This document shows, piece after piece, positions 7,769-16,142 of a stretch of 64,000 bases of DNA (the first letter of the stretch is position 1; every line of letters begins with the position of its first letter). A program made the position numbers and the translations under genes. Below the pieces are notes generated by a model. That model was given only the letters and a program-made list of their open reading frames with translations. It made no database searches and had not been told where the DNA came from. Source of the stretch: Devosia sp. (GTDB taxonomy: Bacteria; Pseudomonadota; Alphaproteobacteria; Rhizobiales; Devosiaceae); contig NZ_JBLXGA010000002.1 of the NCBI RefSeq assembly GCF_048261455.1, positions 170,648 to 234,647 on the forward strand, read 5' to 3'.

Positions 7769-8623
7769 ATGCGACTGCGTATCCTCGGCGTCGCGCTGCT
7801 CGGCACCGCCTTGTGCGGAACCGGCGTGCAGGCGGCCGATCTCATCATCTATCCGGAGCCAATGGCGGATTATGCCGCCGATTTCGTCGCGCCGGCCGTG
7901 TCCGGTGTAAACGGCAAGCTGGAACTCGATCTCGGCTATCTCACCGATCCGTCGAGCGCCATCTTCCGCGCTGCGGGCTCGATTTCGGCACCAGTGGGCG
8001 ACATGTTCGGCCTGCAGGGCGACCTGTCCTTGCAGTCCGAGGACGGCGACTGGTCGGTTGGCGGCGCGGTTCACGGGTTCACCCGCGACCCATCCAGCTA
8101 TCTGCTGGGCATTACCGCCGGCGTGCTGCGCAACGACGACGCCATGCTGACGGCGATCGGCCCCGAAGCTGAACTCTATCTTGGCCAGATCAGTCTTGAG
8201 GCCTGGGCCGGCTGGGCCATGGTCGACTACGACGTTGCCATCCCCGACGAGAACGGCATGTTCGCCATCGCCGACCTCGCCTGGTACGCGACGGACGACT
8301 GGCGGCTGAGCCTCGGTGGGGCCTCGATCCTAGGTGAGAATTCGCTGCGGCTCGCAACCGAATACCAGTTTGCGCCGGAGATGGGGCTATCCGTGTCGGC
8401 CGAGAGCCGCTTTCATGACAGTGGCGCGGTCGCCGCCATGGTTGGGCTCAAGGGCTATTTCGGCGAGCCGGGCAAGAGCCTGATCGCCCGCCATCGCCAG
8501 GATGACCCGCCGAACCGGGCGCTCAGCCTGGCGGGTGGCGCTGGCGATTTGCTCGAGATCCAGTCGGACCAGATTGTCGTCCCGCCGCCCCCGCCCCCGG
8601 AGCAGTCGGAGCTGCCGGACTAA
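7769..8623 (+). CDS. Secreted beta-barrel OMP-like paralogue D
   Basis: The start was set at the ATG at 7769 (MRLRILGVALLGTALCGTGVQA followed by ADLIIYPEP) by alignment with A-C. The hinge is PGKSLIARHRQDDPPNRAL. Its unique 32-aa tail contains PPPPPP. Confidence 0.8.
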   Translation: MRLRILGVALLGTALCGTGVQAADLIIYPEPMADYAADFVAPAVSGVNGKLELDLGYLTDPSSAIFRAAGSISAPVGDMFGLQGDLSLQSEDGDWSVGGAVHGFTRDPSSYLLGITAGVLRNDDAMLTAIGPEAELYLGQISLEAWAGWAMVDYDVAIPDENGMFAIADLAWYATDDWRLSLGGASILGENSLRLATEYQFAPEMGLSVSAESRFHDSGAVAAMVGLKGYFGEPGKSLIARHRQDDPPNRALSLAGGAGDLLEIQSDQIVVPPPPPPEQSELPD

Positions 8624-8720
8624 ACCGAGTGCGAGAATCAGCCGCCGACCTCCGCACTACGCCTGCCGCGATCGGAACAGGAACCGGCTAGAACTTCGCG
8701 AGATGCATCCCATAGTCCGA

Positions 8721-8749
8721 ATCCCCCGGCAAAGCCCGGGGGATTTTTG
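8721..8749 (+). terminator. Rho-independent terminator downstream of paralogue D
   Basis: The hairpin CCCCCGG-CAAAG-CCCGGGGG is followed by ATTTTT. Confidence 0.7.
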
Positions 8750-8780
8750 CATTCGAAGGTAAGTTCGCGTCGCGGCGTGG

Positions 8781-9794
8781 TTAGGGCCGCGGGCGGGTGT
8801 CGCGGGCTGCGGCGCGGCGCGCCTGCTTGAGCTGGCGATTGTGCGCGGCACGGGCCGCGGCGTCATCGCCCAGATGCGCTTCGCCCCGTTCTCGCGCCAG
8901 CTGCATCTGGCGTTCGCGCTCCAGCGCGCGGGCGGTGTTGCCTGTGTCGTGACAGGTCTGGCAGATGCCGTCCTGCAGCGCATCGGGCGCCATCGGGGTA
9001 CGGCAGGCGCGGCAGAGTTCGGCCTGCCCCTCCTGGAGCCCATGGGTTACCGAGACGCGCTCGTCGAAAACGAAGCACTCGCCAGCGAAGCGGCTTTCGG
9101 CTTCCGGCACGGTTTCGAGATATTTCAGGATGCCGCCCTGCAAGTGAAACACCTCGGGGAAGCCCTGCTCCAGCATATAGGCCGAGGCCTTTTCGCAGCG
9201 GATGCCGCCGGTGCAGAACATCGCGACCTTCGGCGTTTTCTTCGGGTCGAGCTTCGCCACATAGTCCTTGAACTCGGTGAAGCTCGCCGTGTGCGGATCG
9301 GCGGCGCGGGCGAAACTGCCGAGCGCCACCTCGTAGTCGTTGCGGGTATCGATCACCAGCACGTCGTTGCGGTCGATCAGCGCGTTCCAGTCCTTTGGCG
9401 CGACATAGGTGCCGACGCGGCGTGAGGGGTCGGCCTGGGGCGCGCGCAGCGTGACGATCTCGGGTTTCAGCCGCACCTTCATGCGGTGAAAGGGCATCTC
9501 GTCCGACCACGAATATTTGGCCTCGGCCCCGGCCAGCCGGCCGGCCCACAGCCGGTCGGTCTCGAACCAGGCGGCCAGCGCGTCGATCGCTTCGGGCGTC
9601 CCCGCCACGGTGCCGTTGATGCCTTCCGGCGCGAGAATGAAAGTGCCGCGAATGCCGCGGGCGCAACAGAACCGGGCCAGTTCCGGCTGCAGCGCGGCGC
9701 AATCGGGCAGCGCGGCGAACCTGTAGAGGGCCAGAACCTTGAAGGGCTTTGGCGTTTCGGGCAGGGTGGCGGAACTGTCAACGGGCGCGATCAT
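8781..9794 (-). CDS. trhO: Rhodanese-domain tRNA uridine(34) hydroxylase (YceA/TrhO family)
   Basis: It shows the family-typical N-terminus KVLALYRF, the rhodanese active-site loop FCTGGIRCEKA and a C-terminal Cys cluster. Confidence 0.8.
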   Translation of the reverse strand: MIAPVDSSATLPETPKPFKVLALYRFAALPDCAALQPELARFCCARGIRGTFILAPEGINGTVAGTPEAIDALAAWFETDRLWAGRLAGAEAKYSWSDEMPFHRMKVRLKPEIVTLRAPQADPSRRVGTYVAPKDWNALIDRNDVLVIDTRNDYEVALGSFARAADPHTASFTEFKDYVAKLDPKKTPKVAMFCTGGIRCEKASAYMLEQGFPEVFHLQGGILKYLETVPEAESRFAGECFVFDERVSVTHGLQEGQAELCRACRTPMAPDALQDGICQTCHDTGNTARALERERQMQLARERGEAHLGDDAAARAAHNRQLKQARRAAARDTRPRP

Positions 9795-9955
9795 GATGGG
9801 CCGGATGTATCATCCGGCTGGCATGACGGGCAACTTCGATACATCGGAACCGTTTGGAACCAGTCACGGGGCTGGTGGCGGGTGGCATTGCCTGCCCGTC
9901 GCGCCATCCGATCGCAAGCTGCAAAGCACAGACCAAAGAGGGAGGCCAACGCGCC

Positions 9956-10882
9956 ATGAAGACCTATCAGATACCCAATTCCGAGCTCGCGCTGCCGGCC
10001 GTCATCGCCGGGCTGATGCGCATCAAGGAGATGAGCGACGCCGAGATCCGCGAACTGGTCGGCGCGGCGATGGACGCCGGCGTGACGATGATCGACCATG
10101 CCGATGTCTATGGCGGCGACCACCTGTGCGAGCGCCGCTTCGGCGAGGCGATGCAGCTGAGCGCCAGCGACCGCGAGAAGATGGTCATTCAGTCCAAGGT
10201 CGGCATCCGCAAGGGGTTCTTCGACTTTTCGTCCGAGCACATCCTGAGCTCGGTGGACGAGTCGCTGAAGGCGCTAAATACCGACTATCTCGACGTGCTG
10301 TTGCTGCACCGTCCAGACACGCTGGTGGAGCCCGAGGATGTCGCCAAGGCCTTCGACACGCTGCACGCCGCCGGCAAGGTGCGCCATTTCGGCGTCTCCA
10401 ACCAGACGCCGGGGCAGATGGAGCTATTGAAAGGCACGCTGAACCAGCCGCTGCTGTTCAACCAGGTGCAGCTGTCGATCACTCACGCCAATCTCATTGC
10501 GCAGGGCATTGCGGTGAACATGGACGGGCTCGACCAGTCGATCTCGCGCGATGTGGGCCTACTCGACTATGCGCGGCTCAACGGCGTGACGCTGCAGGCC
10601 TGGTCGCCGTTCCAGGCCGGGTTCTTCAATGGCGTCTTCGTCGGCGACCGCGAGAACTATGCCGAATTGAACGACGTTCTGGACGAACTGGCGGAAACGC
10701 ATGGCGTCACGCCGACCGGCATCGCGGTGGCGTGGATCACCCGTCATCCGGCCAATATTCAGGTCGTGCTCGGCACCACGAAGCCGTCGCGGGTGCGCGA
10801 ATGCGCGGCGGGAGCCGACGTGCAGCTCAGCCGCGAAGACTGGTACCGGCTGTTCCGCGCCGCCGGCCACAAGGTGCCGTAA
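9956..10882 (+). CDS. Aldo/keto reductase (YdhF-like)
   Basis: MKTYQIPNSELALPAVIAGLMRI... DHADVYG ... LLLHRPD are AKR motifs. The start at 9956 follows a GAGGGAGG RBS. Confidence 0.8.
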   Translation: MKTYQIPNSELALPAVIAGLMRIKEMSDAEIRELVGAAMDAGVTMIDHADVYGGDHLCERRFGEAMQLSASDREKMVIQSKVGIRKGFFDFSSEHILSSVDESLKALNTDYLDVLLLHRPDTLVEPEDVAKAFDTLHAAGKVRHFGVSNQTPGQMELLKGTLNQPLLFNQVQLSITHANLIAQGIAVNMDGLDQSISRDVGLLDYARLNGVTLQAWSPFQAGFFNGVFVGDRENYAELNDVLDELAETHGVTPTGIAVAWITRHPANIQVVLGTTKPSRVRECAAGADVQLSREDWYRLFRAAGHKVP

Positions 10883-10999
10883 TGGCGTCCGGGGCGGCCG
10901 CGCGCCGCCCCCTCACCCGCCGGCCCGAGAATGTGCGGCGGGCCGCATTTGACGACGACGGCGCGCCGTGGGCCGCCAGGACATATCAGGAGAGACTTC

Positions 11000-12022
11000 A
11001 TGACCTATCGGGCCAGCGACGACCGCTATGGCGAAATGCCGTACCGGCGCACCGGCAGATCCGGGCTGATGCTGCCGGCGATCTCGCTGGGGCTGTGGCA
11101 GAATTTCGGCGGCAGCCGCGACTATCCCAGCGCCTTCGAAATGCTCGGCTATGCCTTCGACAAGGGCGTCACGCATTTCGACCTCGCCAATAACTACGGC
11201 CCGCCGCCGGGCTCTGCCGAGGAACTGTTCGGCCAGGTGATGGCGCGGGACTTCCGGCCCTATCGCGACGAGATGGTGATTTCGTCCAAGGCCGGGTGGC
11301 CGATGTGGGATGGCCCCTATGGCGACCACGGCTCGCGCAAATATCTTATCGCCTCGGCGGACCAGAGCCTCAAGCGGATGGGTCTCGACTATGTCGATAT
11401 CTTTTATTCGCACCGGTTCGATCCGGAGACGCCGCTCGAAGAAACCATGGGCGCCCTGGCGCAGCTGCACCGGCAGGGCAAGGCGCTCTATGTCGGCATT
11501 TCCAGCTACCCCGCCGAGCAGACGCGCGAGGCGCACCGAATTTTGAAGGAGATGGGCGTTCCCTGCCTCATCCACCAGCCGAGCTATTCGATCCTAAACC
11601 GCTGGATCGAGGATGACGACACGATCGGCGTCTGCGACGAACTGGGGATCGGCATGATCGCCTTCTCGCCGCTGCAGCAGGGCATCCTGTCGGGCAAGTA
11701 CAACCGACGCGACGACCTCGGCGGCACCCGCGCCTCCGAGAACTATTCGCTGAACGCCAGCCGGCTGGAGCCGCGCGTGCTAGATGCCGTCGAAAAGCTG
11801 GGCGCCATCGCCGAAGCGCGCGGGCAGAGCATGGTGCAACTGGCGCTGGCCTGGGTGCTGCGGCGCAAGGAGATCACCTCGGCGCTGATCGGCATCCGCA
11901 CGCTGGACCAGCTCAAGGACTGCCTCGGGGTGCTCGACAACCTGAGCCTCGACGACGCCGAAATCGCGGCGATCGACGCGGCGGTCAAGGACGGGCTGAC
12001 CGACAACCGCCCGCAGGTGTGA
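11000..12022 (+). CDS. Aldo/keto reductase (YghZ/Tas-like)
   Basis: MTYRASDDRYGEMPYRRTGRSGLMLPAISLGLWQNFGG ... FDLANNYGPPPGSAE. A CAGGAGAG RBS lies before the ATG at 11000. Confidence 0.8.
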   Translation: MTYRASDDRYGEMPYRRTGRSGLMLPAISLGLWQNFGGSRDYPSAFEMLGYAFDKGVTHFDLANNYGPPPGSAEELFGQVMARDFRPYRDEMVISSKAGWPMWDGPYGDHGSRKYLIASADQSLKRMGLDYVDIFYSHRFDPETPLEETMGALAQLHRQGKALYVGISSYPAEQTREAHRILKEMGVPCLIHQPSYSILNRWIEDDDTIGVCDELGIGMIAFSPLQQGILSGKYNRRDDLGGTRASENYSLNASRLEPRVLDAVEKLGAIAEARGQSMVQLALAWVLRRKEITSALIGIRTLDQLKDCLGVLDNLSLDDAEIAAIDAAVKDGLTDNRPQV

Positions 12023-12062
12023 GCGGGCGGGCCGCGTCCTGACAGGTTGCCGGCAGTCAGCG

Positions 12063-12085
12063 CCTTCTCCCCTTGTGGGAGAAGG
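12063..12085. repeat. Intergenic hairpin CCTTCTCCC-CTTGT-GGGAGAAGG
   Basis: This is a perfect 9-bp stem in the gap between the convergent AKR and pheT genes. It is the REP-like motif class common in Rhizobiales intergenic DNA. Confidence 0.5.
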
Positions 12086-12120
12086 AAGAAGGGCGTGAGG
12101 CACAGAGGCACACCATCCAG

Positions 12121-12228
12121 GATGTCACCCCGGCGAAAGCCGGGGCCCATCCTGGATGGCTACCGCATCCACACCTTCTCGGCGCGACATCTGAAGATGG
12201 ATCCCGGCACAAGGCCGGGATGACACCG
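12121..12228. repeat. Two-hairpin MITE/REP-like element, copy 1
   Basis: The element runs GATGTCACCCCGGC-loop-GCCGGGGCCCATCC ... ATCCCGGC-loop-GCCGGGATGACACCG. The termini are imperfect inverted repeats. A second copy lies at 59819..59928. Confidence 0.65.
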
Positions 12229-12241
12229 AGAGTTCGTGCCC

Positions 12242-14653
12242 CTACCCCCGGAGCGTGCCGCCCGTCGCCTTGGTAACGGCGGCGACGACGTTTCTCGCAA
12301 CCTTTTCGATTTCCTCGTCGGTCAGGGTCTTGTCCTGCGGCTGCAGGGTGACCGCGAGGCCGACCGACTTCTTGCCCTCGCCGACACCCTTGCCCTCGAA
12401 GACGTCGAAGACATTGACGTTCGAGATCAGGGTCTTGTCGGCACCTCGGGCGGCCTTGAGCAGGGTTGCCGCCGGCACGTCGCTGTCGACGACGAAGGCG
12501 AAATCGCGGTTGAGCGGCATCTGGTCGGAGAGTGACAGCGCCGGCTTGGCGCGGCTCGACTTGCGGCGCGGCTCGGGGATGGCGTCGAGATCGAGTTCGA
12601 AGGCGACGACCGGGCCCGTGAGATCGTAGAGCTCCAGCACATCGGGGTGCACTTCGCCGAACCAGCCGATGATCAGCTTGGGGCCCATCTGGATGCGCCC
12701 GCCGCGGCCGGGATGGCTCCAGCCGGCGGCGTCTGCCGTCACCTGCAGCTTGTCGATATCGAGGCCCATGGCATCGAGCAGCGCGCCGAGATCGGCCTTG
12801 GCGTCGAAGACATCCGGAGTCTTGCTGACGCCGCGCCAGTCGCGCGGGGCGCCCATGCGCAGGCCCGAGGCATAGGTGCGCTGGCCATCGGGATTGACCG
12901 AGGCGAAGACCTGGCCGACCTCGAACAGCTTCAGCTCGTTGATGCCGCGTGCGGTGTTGCGCTGCAGCGCTCCGAGCAGGCCCGGCAGCAGCGAAGGCCG
13001 CATGTCGGTCAGTTCGGAGGCGATCGGGTTGGCGAGTTTCAGCTCGGGCGAACCGCCGCCGAAGCGCTCGGCTTCCTTTGCCGAAATGAAGGACCAGTTG
13101 ACCGCCTCGTCGAGACCGCGGGCGGCCAGAACGCGCCGCGCCAGACGGCGGCGGTTCTGCATGGTGGTGAGGATGCGCGGGGCAACGGTGGTGAGCCGCG
13201 GCAGCGGATCGACCGGGATGTTGTCGACGCCCACCATGCGCATCACCTCTTCGGCGAGGTCGGCCTTCATGGTGACATCGGGACGCCAGGAGGGGACCAG
13301 CACCTTGCGGGTTTCGCCATCGCCTTCGACCTCGAAGCCGAGGCGTTCGAGCACGGCCGTGATCTCTTCAGGCGCGCGGGAGAGACCGGTGAGGCGGCGC
13401 ACTTCAGACAGCGGGAAGTCGATCTCGGTTTCGGGGAAGACATCGGCGCCGGAAATGGCGTGTTCCATCGGCTCGCCACCGCAGAGCTCGAGCACCAGAC
13501 GGGTCGCGAGTTCAAGGCCGGGCTCGGTCAGCGCAGGATCAACCGAGCGCTCCAGCCGATAGCGGGCATCGGAAACGATGCCGGTCTTGCGGCCCGACTG
13601 GGCGATCAGGTCCGGGTCCCAGCTCGCCGATTCCATGAAGACATTGGTGGTCTCATCGGTGACGCCCGAGCGGATGCCGCCCATGATGCCGCCGAGGCAG
13701 AGCGGGCCCTGATTGTCGGCGATCACCGTCATCGTGTCGTCGAGCGGGTAGATCTTGTTGTCGAGCGCGTCGAGGGTTTCGCCTTCGCGGGCATTGCGCA
13801 GCACCATGGTGCCGGCGACCTTGTCGGCGTCATAGGCGTGCAGCGGCCGGCCCCAGCCGAGCGACACGAGATTGGTGATGTCCACCACCTTGTTGATGGG
13901 GCGCAGGCCGACGGCGCGCAGGCGCTGCTGCAGCCAGTCGGGCGACGGGCCGTTGACGATGCCGACGATCAGCCGACCGGCGAACTTGCGGATCGCCTTG
14001 GGCTGACCTTCGGCGAAGTCATGCGCCAGGGGCGCGATGGCGCTCTTGCCCTTCGAGGGCACCGGCGACATGTCGGTCGGCTTCAGCGTGCCGAGGCCAA
14101 AGGCTGCGAGATCGCGAGCGATGCCATAAACGCCGGTCGCGTCGCCACGGTTGGGGGTGATCGAGATGTCGATCACTGCGCCGCCGAGCTTGGCATAATC
14201 GACATAGGAAATGCCGACCGGCGCATCCTCGGGCAGTTCGATGATGCCGTCATGGTCGTCGCTGAGCTCGAGCTCGGCGGCCGAACACAGCATGCCGTTC
14301 GAGGGCTCGCCGCGGATGACGACGCCGCCCTTCAAGGTGAAATCCTTGCCCGGGATATAGGTGCCGGGCGCCGCGAAAACCGACTTGATGCCGGTGCGCG
14401 CATTGGGCGCGCCGCAGACCACGTCGATCAGTTCGCCGGTGCCGGCATCGACCTTGCAAAGGTTCAGATGGTCGGAATTGGGATGCGGCTTCGCCTCGAC
14501 CACCTTCGCCACGACGAAGGGGCGCAGGGCCTCGGCAGGATCGGAGACGTCTTCGACCTCGAGGCCGATTTCGGTCAGCGCCTTGGCGATCTCTTCGACG
14601 CTCGCTTCGGTTTCGAGATGGTCCTTCAGCCACTCCAGGGTGAATTTCATCAT
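12242..14653 (-). CDS. pheT: Phenylalanine--tRNA ligase beta subunit
   Basis: The 803-aa product begins MMKFTLEWLKDHLE. It shows the tRNA-binding, B3/4, B5 and FDX-ACB domain order typical of PheT. Confidence 0.95.
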   Translation of the reverse strand: MMKFTLEWLKDHLETEASVEEIAKALTEIGLEVEDVSDPAEALRPFVVAKVVEAKPHPNSDHLNLCKVDAGTGELIDVVCGAPNARTGIKSVFAAPGTYIPGKDFTLKGGVVIRGEPSNGMLCSAAELELSDDHDGIIELPEDAPVGISYVDYAKLGGAVIDISITPNRGDATGVYGIARDLAAFGLGTLKPTDMSPVPSKGKSAIAPLAHDFAEGQPKAIRKFAGRLIVGIVNGPSPDWLQQRLRAVGLRPINKVVDITNLVSLGWGRPLHAYDADKVAGTMVLRNAREGETLDALDNKIYPLDDTMTVIADNQGPLCLGGIMGGIRSGVTDETTNVFMESASWDPDLIAQSGRKTGIVSDARYRLERSVDPALTEPGLELATRLVLELCGGEPMEHAISGADVFPETEIDFPLSEVRRLTGLSRAPEEITAVLERLGFEVEGDGETRKVLVPSWRPDVTMKADLAEEVMRMVGVDNIPVDPLPRLTTVAPRILTTMQNRRRLARRVLAARGLDEAVNWSFISAKEAERFGGGSPELKLANPIASELTDMRPSLLPGLLGALQRNTARGINELKLFEVGQVFASVNPDGQRTYASGLRMGAPRDWRGVSKTPDVFDAKADLGALLDAMGLDIDKLQVTADAAGWSHPGRGGRIQMGPKLIIGWFGEVHPDVLELYDLTGPVVAFELDLDAIPEPRRKSSRAKPALSLSDQMPLNRDFAFVVDSDVPAATLLKAARGADKTLISNVNVFDVFEGKGVGEGKKSVGLAVTLQPQDKTLTDEEIEKVARNVVAAVTKATGGTLRG

Positions 14654-15078
14654 GAACCTCGTGGTTGGAAATAGCAGATACCGTTCAGCGCGACCTGCGC
14701 GCCAAGGGCCGTGAAAGGATCGGGAACGTGCTCGGGGTCCGGCCCCAGGGCAATGCGCAGCACGAGGCCGAGATCGGAGGTATGGGCGATCAGCTGATCG
14801 GCGCCATTGGGCTTGTAGCGAATGGTCAGCGGCAGGCCGTTGTGCAGGCTGTTGCCGTCTTCATATTCCCACAACAGGTTCTGGTCGGTGATGACATCGA
14901 GCTGCCAGTCGCCGCCCTCCAGCTCCTCGACCTCGCCGGCGCGGGGGCCCGACCAATATTCGACGCGGCGCACCAGGCAGGTATAGGTGCCCGCCGGCGC
15001 GCCATGCGGCAGCGGCTTTTTCTCGACGGGCTTTTTCCCGGCCATATGCAGCAATGCCACGACCCCGAAGCCCCTCAT
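14650..15078 (-). CDS. Small hypothetical protein, translationally coupled between exonuclease gene and pheT
   Basis: ATGA overlaps occur at both ends (15075-15078 and 14650-14653). An alternative start lies at 15045 (MAGKKPVEKK). I recognise no motif. Confidence 0.55.
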   Translation of the reverse strand: MRGFGVVALLHMAGKKPVEKKPLPHGAPAGTYTCLVRRVEYWSGPRAGEVEELEGGDWQLDVITDQNLLWEYEDGNSLHNGLPLTIRYKPNGADQLIAHTSDLGLVLRIALGPDPEHVPDPFTALGAQVALNGICYFQPRGS

Positions 15079-15728
15079 TTGTAAACGCTCTCGGTTGCCT
15101 CGATCTTCGGCAGGCCGCCGGAAATCTCGAACAGTTTGGCCAGCACATTGGCAAAGCCGCGCGCGTCGTCGATGGCACGGTGCGTGTGCTCGATATGGCC
15201 GTACCATTCGGGCGGCACGCGCTGCATGCCCCACTGCAGATATTCCGCGCCGCGCAGCGTGCCGGCCATAGTGTAGAGGCAGACGCCGCCACCGCGGAAG
15301 ATCTGGCGCGACTTGTAGGGCCCACCGAGCACTCGCGTGCCAGCGAAGGTGGACAGGTAATGATCCATCCACAGCCCGTCGAAGATCATCGGCGCAGCGG
15401 CAAACACCTTGAAGCCAGGCAGGCTGTCGACCCAGTCGGCAAAGCGCGGCATGACGATTTCCGGCGCTTCGGGATTGTTGGTCGCGTGCGCCCAGGCTTC
15501 GGGCTGGGTCTGCCACCAGGCCATGGTGTTGGGGTCAGGCGCGCGGTCTGTGCGCGGCTTCAGCACCGCGTCGAACTCGCCGAGCACCTTGCCTGTGACG
15601 TCGCAGGCGACCGAGGCGAAGCTCAGCATCGAGCTCTGCAACGGGTCGTGACCGTCGGACTCAATATCGGTCACGACAAACGTGGTGACCGGCGGCTCTT
15701 CGTCGAGGATGGGCGGCTGCAGGCTCAT
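15075..15728 (-). CDS. DEDDh-type 3'-5' exonuclease domain protein
   Basis: The ExoI motif is FVVTDIESDG and the ExoIII motif is HRAIDDA. The start at 15728 overlaps the ASCH gene stop (ATGA). Confidence 0.7.
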   Translation of the reverse strand: MSLQPPILDEEPPVTTFVVTDIESDGHDPLQSSMLSFASVACDVTGKVLGEFDAVLKPRTDRAPDPNTMAWWQTQPEAWAHATNNPEAPEIVMPRFADWVDSLPGFKVFAAAPMIFDGLWMDHYLSTFAGTRVLGGPYKSRQIFRGGGVCLYTMAGTLRGAEYLQWGMQRVPPEWYGHIEHTHRAIDDARGFANVLAKLFEISGGLPKIEATESVYK

Positions 15729-16126
15729 CGGGTGAGGTCCTCGACGAGGCGGAAGCGCTCGCACAGCAGCATCATGTCTTCGCTCCAGCCGCCATTGCGT
15801 TCGAAATAGTCCCGATGGCCCTCGCGCCAGTCGGCCAGGGTCAACAGGCCCTCGCCCTCATCGCGGGCAAAGGCTTCGTCAATCTCGTCGAAGCGACGCT
15901 CGGTGACCTCGAGGGTTTCGATCAGCGCACCAGGGCGCCCCTTGCCGTCGAGAATGACGTCGCGCCGGCCGACAACCGGGCGCGCCTCGCCACCCGGACC
16001 GAAATCGCGCAGGGCGCCACAGGTCGCGGTCTTCTTGCCGGCCAGCACCAGCCCGAGCAGCTCATCGGCCATTTCCGGGCTATCGCCGAAGGCAAAGGTG
16101 ACGGTGCCGGTCTGTTGATCGCTCAT
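15725..16126 (-). CDS. ASCH (PUA-like) domain protein
   Basis: The 133-aa product reads ELLGLVLAGKKTATCGAL ... ETLEVTERRFDEIDEAFARDEGEG ... WREGHRDYF, which is typical ASCH architecture. Confidence 0.65.
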   Translation of the reverse strand: MSDQQTGTVTFAFGDSPEMADELLGLVLAGKKTATCGALRDFGPGGEARPVVGRRDVILDGKGRPGALIETLEVTERRFDEIDEAFARDEGEGLLTLADWREGHRDYFERNGGWSEDMMLLCERFRLVEDLTR

Positions 16127-16142
16127 GCCATTGCCCCAAACA

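Noticed and set aside
12073-12276. 67-aa + ORF (...VTPAKAGAHPGWLPHP...) and similar small ORFs at 50782 and 59878
   Set aside because: They read through REP/MITE-like hairpins. This is a classic mis-annotation of intergenic repeats.
12647-14674. 675-aa + ORF
   Set aside because: It is antisense to pheT and has shadow-frame composition. The same reasoning applies to 16125..17381 + and 16123..17328 - (pheS), 22264..23406 + and 23108..24385 + (SDR and queG), 43359..44714 + (uxaC), 44790..46190 - (rsgA), 53198..54394 - (lepA), 61883..63427 +, 36295..37344 + and 36506..37966 - (antiporter) and 9739..11193 +.
15079-15516. Upstream part of the 288-aa ORF 14650..15516
   Set aside because: It overlaps the DEDDh exonuclease gene in another frame. 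Only the last 131-142 codons look protein-like, and they are bounded by ATGA coupling junctions.
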